Below, piece by piece: positions 54,701 to 61,800 of a DNA stretch of 64,000 nt. The notes below the pieces were generated by a model. That model was not told the DNA's origin. It did no database searches and saw only the letters and a list, made by a program, of their open reading frames with translations. Source of the DNA: a virus (Duplodnaviria > Caudoviricetes); the IMG/VR virus record IMGVR_UViG_3300035703_000043, positions 1-64,000 of that record. One strand, written 5' to 3'. How positions within the stretch are numbered: position 1 is the first letter of the stretch; each line of letters begins with the position of its first letter. The translations under genes and the position numbers were made by a program.

Positions 54701-56370
54701 GATGGTATGCTGGTATTGATGTAAGTGATTCTTATTCTTGGAAATTAGCAAGTACAAATAGTTCTGTTTCACCAGGACAAGAAAGTTTTGATTCAGTTGG
54801 TGAGAATACAGCAAGAAATCAAATTGAAACTAAACTTAAACTCAATCAAGATGGTGATTTAAGTGTTCTTGGTGCATTGACTCTAAATGGTTTGAACACA
54901 CCATCAAGATTTGAAGTCGGAAGTGTTGGAGTTTCAACCATTAGAGGAAATTTAAATCTTTTCAATCTTGTTAATACTAGTGGTCAAACAGTAACTGTCT
55001 CTGATTTTAAAATCAATACTGACAAATTTACTGTTGCAGGAAATACTGGAAATATTACTACAAAAGGAACAATTGTTTCTGATGGAACTTTGACTGTCAA
55101 TTCTCAAGGAAATTCATCTTTTAATGGCACTCTTGGAGTTACTGGTAATGTAACTGCTTCTGGATTTGTTGTGAATGGAAATCCAACGACAAATGGCATT
55201 TCAAATATACTAAGGGCAAATGGAACTAATTCTGCACTACAAACACAGGAGGTGATAAATGCTCTTGGGTTTACTCCTCAACCCCCAATTGCAACATCAA
55301 ATTTACCAATAGGAAACTCTGAAGTATTGAAGGATATTAGTGGTTTATTTAATGGACATCCAAAAACTGGAATATCATTCCAGTTATTTAGAACTTCGAT
55401 AGATCCAGAAACTGACACAAATTTACCATTTGTGCCACTTGGTCCTGATAATTTAATTGTTTCTCTTGGTGGTGTAATACAAAAACCATCTACTGATTAT
55501 ACAATCCGACAAGTTAAAGTCTCTGGACTTGGTGAGGAAGATCGTTACGCTTATACAAATATAATTGATTTTGTTGAAGCTCCTCCTGAAGGAACTCCTT
55601 GTTTCATTCTTGCTCTTGGTGGGCAGGGAAGTCTCAAATCTAATCAGGATTGGAACAATAAAGGTGAAATTCTTGTTGCAACAGGAGATAATGCAGCAAC
55701 AACACTTGCTGTCGGTGCCAATGGAACAATATTAACTGCTGATAGTAGTAAATCTGGTGGTGTTGAGTGGAAAAACTCTCTGGATCTTAATGGTTCTATT
55801 ACTGGAACTTCATTAAGTGCTGGTTCTGGTTCCATTAATGGTGGTTCTATTACTGGAACTTCATTAAGTGTTGGGACTGGTTCTGTTACTGCTGGTTCAT
55901 TTGTTGGAAATGGAACTATTCCAGTTGGTGGGATTATTATGTGGTCTGGTTCTACCATACCTACTGGATGGGCTCTTTGTAATGGGTTGAGTGGAACTCC
56001 AGATTTGAGGGATAAATTTATTGTTGGTTCTGGTAGTGGTTATGATATTGGAGCTACTGGTGGTAGTGCTAATGCAACTTTGGTATCTCACAGTCATACT
56101 ATGGTTGCAGACGGGTCTCATAGACATGGATATGTTTATGCGACTGGAAGTAGCATTGATGGAAATGGAACTGCAAATCATGTTAATCAAGGTGGCATTA
56201 ATGAATTAGAGCAAAGTGGAAGTCCAGATGGTAGAGGATTGAGGAAATTTTTTGCAGACACTTCAGAGAATGGATTTCACTCACACACAATCAATCCCGA
56301 AGGTTCTTCAGGAGCCAATGCAAATCTTCCTCCATACTATGCACTTGCTTTCATTATGAGAACTACATAA
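48787..56370 (+). CDS. Giant virion structural/fibre protein (2527 aa) with C-terminal collar domain
   Basis: MPLSRLENFLKN, GNSLTRPFKTIQRAL beta-helix region; IPVGGIIMWSG..PTGWALCNG..GTPDLRDKF, NLPPYYALAFIM; CTAAATA at 48750. Confidence 0.85.
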   Translation: MPLSRLENFLKNAEGNILYVNPSDFDATDSYENQGNSLTRPFKTIQRALIEAARFSYQSGKNNDRIDRTTILVYPGTHYIDNRPGFSISKQGSNAVYKKRTGTSTWTEVTLPELNENTNYNILDTNNDLYKFNSVLGGTILPRGTSIIGYDLRKTKIRPLYVPNPEDSTVDNTSIFNVTGTCYFSTFTFLDADSTKTVFRDYTDNRFVPNFSHHKVVSFAYADGVNKVALGTEQTDLTDLDMYYYKVARAYGDITGRGIVDYPSLNDFEPSKDEFRIVGELQANPLGISSISGGDGITKATNVITVTTKNIQTGEEIPHGLFVDSPVLISGITTDASAFNGSFTVREVVGVSTFTYTSTSSPSNQNPQVADYESGIVTIEADSVSSASPYVFNCSIRSAYGLCGMWADGNKADGFKSMVVAQFTGVSLQKDDNAFIIFNKTTGKYEGNDVLALTSNERPLHTNGNAIYKPDYESYHIRVSNNGFVQCVSIFAIGFAKHFITESGGDMSITNSNSNFGAISLESVGYRNESFDRDDVGYITHIIPPKEIDAPESNINWLSFDVQKTISVGVTEKLYLYNYKNKEVSPSKDVDGFKIGAKTNDSLNLNIVIGTAQTVYTSPILMPVSVGIGVTARKTYTIARSGNLNQISNNVLTLSSNHQLINGESVRIFSDTGEVPNGLTVNTVAYAITTGLAANQVKLAYSLNDAIAQNEIKGINDRGGILTLVSSVTDKKPGEIGSPIQYDDANGQWYVLSSNDSNNKIYSAIVGFGTTSLGNESSSTYVKRKLDNRSIQDRIYRLRYVVPKEYTNARPPQAGFVLQESKTVGISPISFDYTQSITEQTPPAYLRNEKIIKNATVGAVSGGKQTVTITTEKPHKFFVGDKVKIQRIKSENNSSATGITSTYNGSYFITSVPSSKTFTYEISGVKINPGAFTNQIDERDTSQERSQIPLASREEYKNDFYIYRVDTIKSHIPGLNGQDGIYHLIVLSSNVSPSSDIGYNLSSKAFNQDVRNLYPQIDLDNFNSDPSESVSYAYSPVIGKVITDDKRKSITRESINTFLKNANVGFAITGVTVTGTGYTTVTLHTNVEHNFNSIKSISIKDPTGAGTSGAGYGNTTIYSSNLIGGSGQGASLFVPVVGSTGTINTNSIRIVDAGSVYSVGNVLDVSGPSGITPTIYAKAEVIEINNNIGDSLEVRGFNTTDLDGVYKITNVPSSKSIEIYVPNGVPSYQSNTNGRTPLAALVSKGIGINSFTFNDVNTGIVTVTTSISHGLLRGNKFTIVGSGHTIYDKTFVVKENVGLNTFTFNVGVVTQTANSTTGTLLKHSLSSNELVLSRGEDTLGSRASYFYAGITTTISSALNLSDTTITLTSSKGFDRGDYIVINNEIIRLANSTSTNQFNVIRGNFSTFKTTAEAGTQVKKVNVMPMEVRRPSFMRASGHTFEYLGYGPGNYSTGMPQKQTRILTEDDVLVSQARKQKGGVVVYTGMNDVGEFYSGAKKLSSSTGEEKIVEAPILSYTGDDAEGTNTNKLDVTFDNVLARGRITVEGGDGAKETSQFYGPVSFNKKVVSTSDEGVNVENLYVKGDTTTYKLITVGVSTPTDANLVNRGNISLKSLPNEGYIGQVYVDGEWKKYGPISQSKDILDFKVDKIGIGNSNDFTNTSNPGVNDVIFYVGGKSKFKDVVFAGQVEIESGITLDDVNFNNINIRKTAFFSGIGAGTSYAIYVYNPGDVVNGSNVPRLRSRFYDLEVAGVSTFSGLVGIGTTIFTGTSNQLLQIDSGAYISGSVGIGTTNPTDKLSIIGDVGIQTSLNLYSSNQVKKGTIQAVETTEKYQSGLVINVPNGNEIAFSDGESRNVVITGNGNLGIGTTTLSSKLQVHGTIGISSTGDTEELVPGGRTQFSSSSTSGFVLNHNHSTDIVFQNQGIERFRVGSGITATYTSLSAGSDLTGSHFKLKNDGTGDVVLSWFTDDLNNRRWYAGIDVSDSYSWKLASTNSSVSPGQESFDSVGENTARNQIETKLKLNQDGDLSVLGALTLNGLNTPSRFEVGSVGVSTIRGNLNLFNLVNTSGQTVTVSDFKINTDKFTVAGNTGNITTKGTIVSDGTLTVNSQGNSSFNGTLGVTGNVTASGFVVNGNPTTNGISNILRANGTNSALQTQEVINALGFTPQPPIATSNLPIGNSEVLKDISGLFNGHPKTGISFQLFRTSIDPETDTNLPFVPLGPDNLIVSLGGVIQKPSTDYTIRQVKVSGLGEEDRYAYTNIIDFVEAPPEGTPCFILALGGQGSLKSNQDWNNKGEILVATGDNAATTLAVGANGTILTADSSKSGGVEWKNSLDLNGSITGTSLSAGSGSINGGSITGTSLSVGTGSVTAGSFVGNGTIPVGGIIMWSGSTIPTGWALCNGLSGTPDLRDKFIVGSGSGYDIGATGGSANATLVSHSHTMVADGSHRHGYVYATGSSIDGNGTANHVNQGGINELEQSGSPDGRGLRKFFADTSENGFHSHTINPEGSSGANANLPPYYALAFIMRTT

Positions 56371-56405
56371 TAGCATAAATACCCTCATAGTTATTCTATA
56401 AAATT

Positions 56406-56567
56406 ATGACTAAACAAGAAATGATTAGTTCTTTAACACAAAAGGCAGTTCAAATTCGTGATGAACTTGTTGCATTGGAGCAACAATTTAATGCCAAAAA
56501 AGAAGAATTCCTTAAAGTTCAAGGAGCACTTGAGGCATTAAATGAATTGGAGACAGAAGAAGAATAA
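56406..56567 (+). CDS. 53-aa coiled-coil protein (paralog of 7248..7457)
   Basis: MTKQEMISSL...KKEEFLKVQGALEAL; late promoter CATAAATA at 56374; missed by the ORF track. Confidence 0.7.
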   Translation: MTKQEMISSLTQKAVQIRDELVALEQQFNAKKEEFLKVQGALEALNELETEEE

Positions 56568-56689
56568 ATAAAAGGGACAGAGATATTGTCCCTCTTGTAA
56601 TTAAAAATTGAAGTTCCTACCATTACTTTAGTAATTATAGAACAGGGGAAGTATCTATAGATTCTGAGGTTATTTTCTCCTAATATCAG

Positions 56690-58477
56690 ATGGATAATAT
56701 TAAAGTAAGAGTAGGAACTAATAATGCTATAAAAGTAATTTCAGCAAATCGTGCTGATGCAGTACAAGTAAATTCTGATTATGTAGTTTCAAATATCTTA
56801 TATGTCACAGAAGACGGAAACGATTCAAACACAGGAAAAAAACTCGGAGAAGCAAAAGCAACTATCTCAGCAGCAGTTGGAATTGCAACAGAGGGAACTG
56901 TTATTAAAGTTAGTGCTGGAACTTACATAGAAAATAATCCAATTATTTTACCAAAACAAATTAGTATTGTTGGAGACAACCTAAGAGAAGTTACAGTTGT
57001 CCCTCAAAATTCAAATGCTGATTTGTTTTATGTTAACAATGGAAATTATATTTCCAATATGTCTTTTTCTGGAAGTTTAAATTCAGGAAAAGCAGTTTTT
57101 GCTTTCAATCCAAATAAACCTGTTTATATAAACCAATCACCCTATATTCAAAATTGTACTAATTTTATTCCAAATAGTATTGGATTAAAAGTTGATGGAT
57201 CTAAAGCAATAGGACCAACTAAGAGTATGGTTTTAGATTCCTATACACAATACAACCAAAATGGAATTGGAGCATCAATTACAAATGAAGGATACGCACA
57301 GTTAGTATCTATGTTTACTATTTGTAATGATATTGCTGTTTATTGTGGTTCTGGTGGTGGTTGCGATTTAACAAATTCAAATTCCTCTTTTGGTAATTAT
57401 GCTCTTGTTGCAGATGGAGCCAGCGTTAAAAAATACACAGGAATTGTCACAGTATCTGCATCTGAAAATTCTGATACTTTTGTTTTAGATTTAAATACAC
57501 CAACTTTAAATGTTACAAACGCAGTTTATGACAATGTAACTGGTTTAACAACTATCACTGTCAGTCAAAATCATAATTTCAGTGTTGGAATGGGAGTCTC
57601 AATTAGTAATCTTACTTTTACTTGCCCATCTGGGGAAGGAACTGCGGTATTTCCTTCTGGCAATAATGGATATGTTTTTGAAGTTGCAAATTTACCATCA
57701 TCAACGTCATTTGAAGTTTATGTTGGAGTTTCCACCATTCAGCACACTTATTCATCTGGAGGTTATGTAAAAACAAATGTAGTTCGTCCATTTGATGGAC
57801 AAGTTGTTTATTTTGGGCAACCTTATTATACAATTGGGGGAGTAACAGTAAGTGCTGGTGGAACTGGTTATACAGGAAATGCATCAGTTATATTTGATTC
57901 ACCACAAACTTCTTGGGGAATATCTGCCTCAGCAGTTGCAGAAGTTAAGAATGGGTCAGTAGTTAACGTCGAGATGGTATCTTCAGGAAGAGGATATAGT
58001 TCAGCATCACCAACAGTAACTTTTAGTTCTCCTGATGTTGGAATAAATACTGCAGTAGGAGTTGCCAATTTAGTTCCAACATATTATACGATTCAAAGTT
58101 CTACTCCAATTGTGTCTGGAATTTGTACAATTACTTTAAATGATGTTGTTCCTTTTCCTGTTGGGGTTGGTACTACAACTTTCTTCTTTAAGCAAAGTCG
58201 TATTTTGGCATCTGGACATTCTCTTGAATACATTGGTTCTGGAACAAATATTGCGTCTGCTTTACCAGTCACTGGTGGTGTTGCCATTCAAGAAAATGAA
58301 ATTGATATGAGAAATGGTGGTCTTGTTGTTTATACAAGCACTGACCAATCTGGAAACTTTAGAATTGGAGATGGTGTCGTAATTAATCAACAAACAGGAA
58401 CTATTAGTGGAACATTTTATTCTAAGAGTTTATTTTCATCAATGACACCATTTATCTTAGCACTTGGAGGAGAATAA
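56690..58477 (+). CDS. Beta-helix fibre/spike protein, paralog of the C-terminal half of 36507..39929
   Basis: GNDSNTG, ENNPI, PYIQNCTNFIPNSIGLKV, GYAQLVS, TDQSGNFRIG shared. Confidence 0.8.
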   Translation: MDNIKVRVGTNNAIKVISANRADAVQVNSDYVVSNILYVTEDGNDSNTGKKLGEAKATISAAVGIATEGTVIKVSAGTYIENNPIILPKQISIVGDNLREVTVVPQNSNADLFYVNNGNYISNMSFSGSLNSGKAVFAFNPNKPVYINQSPYIQNCTNFIPNSIGLKVDGSKAIGPTKSMVLDSYTQYNQNGIGASITNEGYAQLVSMFTICNDIAVYCGSGGGCDLTNSNSSFGNYALVADGASVKKYTGIVTVSASENSDTFVLDLNTPTLNVTNAVYDNVTGLTTITVSQNHNFSVGMGVSISNLTFTCPSGEGTAVFPSGNNGYVFEVANLPSSTSFEVYVGVSTIQHTYSSGGYVKTNVVRPFDGQVVYFGQPYYTIGGVTVSAGGTGYTGNASVIFDSPQTSWGISASAVAEVKNGSVVNVEMVSSGRGYSSASPTVTFSSPDVGINTAVGVANLVPTYYTIQSSTPIVSGICTITLNDVVPFPVGVGTTTFFFKQSRILASGHSLEYIGSGTNIASALPVTGGVAIQENEIDMRNGGLVVYTSTDQSGNFRIGDGVVINQQTGTISGTFYSKSLFSSMTPFILALGGE

Positions 58478-58480
58478 AAA

Positions 58481-58810
58481 ATGGCATTACCGTTAAATGT
58501 ATTTCAGACAGTTACTGCAGTTGTGTCTACAAGTCCATCCGAAATTTACACTGCTCCAGTTGGATATACTGGTGTTGTTCTTTTAGCACAAGTTGCAAAC
58601 ATTGGTGCAACTTCTCAAGATATTACGATGCTTCATCGCAGAAGTTCTACTGATACAGAAATGTTAAAGCAATATCCAGTTGCTGGAAACGATACAATAA
58701 ATCTTCTTTCTGGAAAATTAGTTCTTGAAAGTGGTGATAAATTAGTTATATCTGGTAGTAATGCAACTAATCTGAAATTTGTCGCAAGCATTTTAGAAAC
58801 ACTTAACTAA
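58481..58810 (+). CDS. Small fibre-associated protein (paralog of 39931..40284)
   Basis: PLNVFQTV, IYTAP.G...VVLLAQV.N, GKLVLESGD, SILET. Confidence 0.8.
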   Translation: MALPLNVFQTVTAVVSTSPSEIYTAPVGYTGVVLLAQVANIGATSQDITMLHRRSSTDTEMLKQYPVAGNDTINLLSGKLVLESGDKLVISGSNATNLKFVASILETLN

Positions 58811-58818
58811 TACCAAAA

Positions 58819-61800
58819 ATGGCAAAGTACCTCAGCAATCGTCAAAAAAACTTTAAGATTGGTATAAGTTCTTATACTGAAAATAAAACAGTATTGGAGA
58901 TTACTGGGAATGTTGGTATTGGAACAACAAATGCAACATCTGATTTGTATGTAGTTGGAGATGGATATTTTACTGGTGTTGTAACTGCTTCTAACTTTTA
59001 TGTTGGAAATGAATTAGTTGGTGCTGGTGGTTCATTTGCACAACTTTATGTATCTGGTATCGCTACTCTTGGAGCAAATGGTGGTATTACTACAACTGGC
59101 GGAAACTTATATGTCGGTGGAGATTTACAAGTTTCTGGATCTTCTAATTTTATAGGAACAGCAATTTTTAGAGGTGGAACAATTGGAATTGGTGACTCTA
59201 CTTCTGATGACATTAATGTTGGTGGTGAATTTGTATCAAATTTAGTTCCAAAATATGACAATACGTATGATATTGGTTTAGAAAGTAATAGATGGAGAAA
59301 CGCAAGATTTTCTGGTTTAACAACAACTGGTAATCTTTATGTATCTGGTGTTGGTACAGTAGCAAATTTATATTCTACCACTGGTATTATTAATTATCTC
59401 TCTGGTACTGACCTTAATTTTAGTGGTATTAGCACTCTTGGAGTCACATCTGCAACACAATTAACTTCTCAAAGTCTTACTGTTTCGGGAAATAGTAATT
59501 TATCAATTACTGACATAACAGTCAATAGTTCTTCCAATGCATTAACAATTACTCAAACTGGGACTGGAAACGCATTAATTGTTAAAGATGATAATTCAGA
59601 TTCCAGTCCTTTTGTAGTTACTGGTATTGGTTCTGTTGGTGTTGGTGTTGAAAATCCTGCAGAAAAACTTCAAGTTGATGGAAATATAAGATTAGGTTCT
59701 TCAGACTCAAATTATATTGCATTTAAAGGTACAACTGGAGATTCTCCTAATGGAGGATTTACTCATACCTTTATTGGAGAAAGAATTTATACTCCTGGAA
59801 CAGAAGAATCCGAACTTCTTATATTTAAAGGAAACGACCACGATTTATCAGTTGAAGGACCAGATAGAATTCGATTAGCAGCAGCAGAAATTAGATTTGA
59901 CACTTATACAATTCCAACTTCAGGTTCTTTTGAAGAAGTTGCTACTTCTGGAAATTTAGATACGAAATTTATAATAAGAGACAACGGTTTTGTTGGAGTA
60001 GGAACAGCAAATCCATCTTCAACACTTGATGTTAGTGGAAATTTGAATGTCAGTGGAATTGGCACCATCAATACATTAGATGCCAATATAGTTGACATTG
60101 AGAATTTAACTGCCACTAATATTAATTCTTCTGGAATTTCTACATTAGGAATCGCATCAATAAATCATCTTTATGTTTCTGGTCTTTCTACATTTGTTGG
60201 TGTAGGAACATTTAATGATGATTTGTATGTTGGTGGTGATGTTAGAATATCTGGCATTTTAACAGTTGGTGGAAATAGTGTAGTAATAGATGGGGAAAAT
60301 GACCTTATTAAAATTGGTTCTGGAGTTACTTTAGGTTCTTCATCTGGAACTATAGTTTATTTGAGTGGTACTAATTTAAATTATAGTGGCATTGGTACGA
60401 TTGGAACTTTAGATACCAATATTGGTACAATTGATTATCTCTCTGGTACTGATTTAAATTATAATGGTATTGGTACATTTGGTACTTTAGCAGTAACTGG
60501 ATTAACAACTACAAAAGATTTACGAGTTGTTGGAATTACAACACTTGGAGTTACAACAGTAACTAATTTAACAGCACAGAATATTAACTCTTCTGGTATT
60601 GTAACTGGTTTTACATTCCGTCCAAGTAGTGGATATTATCAGTCTGCAAATGGAACTAACTCTTTCTATGTTTATGATGGTACAGGGAATGTAGCATTCC
60701 AAGGAACAATTGGTGCAAGTCAAATCAATAATGCTTCTGGATATAAAGTTATTGGATTTGCTGGAACCAATATTACTTTTGAAAATAATGCTTATATTGC
60801 AGGCATTACAACCTCTGTTGGTGGTTTTATAGGAAATCTGACAGGAACTGCAACAACCGCAACTAAACTTGAGACTGCAAGAGCATTTGAAATTACTGGA
60901 GACATTGTTGCGTCTGCGATTAGTTTTGACGGAACTGGCAATGTATCTTTAGCAGCAACAATTCAACCAAATAGTGTTGCTCTTGGTTCAGATACAACTG
61001 GTGATTATGTTCAGTCAATTACTGGAACTTCAAACCAAATTACTGTTACAGGTGGAACTGGTGAAGGTTCTACACCAACTTTAAGTCTTCCAAACAATTT
61101 AATTCTTCCACAAGATGTTACAGTTACAAGAGACTTACAAGTCAATCGTAACTTAAATGTAACAGGTAATATTACGATTGGCGGTTCAACTGCATTTGTG
61201 AATGTTCAAGAGTTAGTTGTTACTGACCCAGATATTATTCTTGGTTATAGAACAGATGCATTTGGTAATGATGTTTCAAATGATAATACTGCTAATCACG
61301 GTGGTGTTGCTCTTGCTTCTACAGAAGGAACTCCATTAGTTAATCTTTTTGTTGCTGGTATTGAAACAGCACCTGCCACATATAAGAAAATTATGTGGTT
61401 CAAGGAAGGCACTTTTGCTGGACTTGGAACTGATGCTTGGTTAATCAATTATGCAGTCGGTATTGGTTCAACACAATTCCCAACTGGAACAAGACTTGCT
61501 GCTGGTAATGTACAATTTACTGAAAATGATTTAGCAGTTGTTAGAAATATTAATTCTTCTGGTCTTATAACAGCAACCAGATTTATTGGAACAGCAACAA
61601 ATCTTGATATTAATGGTCTTACGACAATTAATGACCCACAAAGTAATGATTTTATAGCACTTTATGATGTGAGTGGAGCAGTTGTAGGAAAGGCAACTAT
61701 TCAAAATGCTGCTCTTCAAGGTCTTCAGGGAACTCAAGGCACACAAGGTATACAAGGTACTCAGGGTCTTCAAGGAACTCAAGGTACTCAAGGTACTCAA

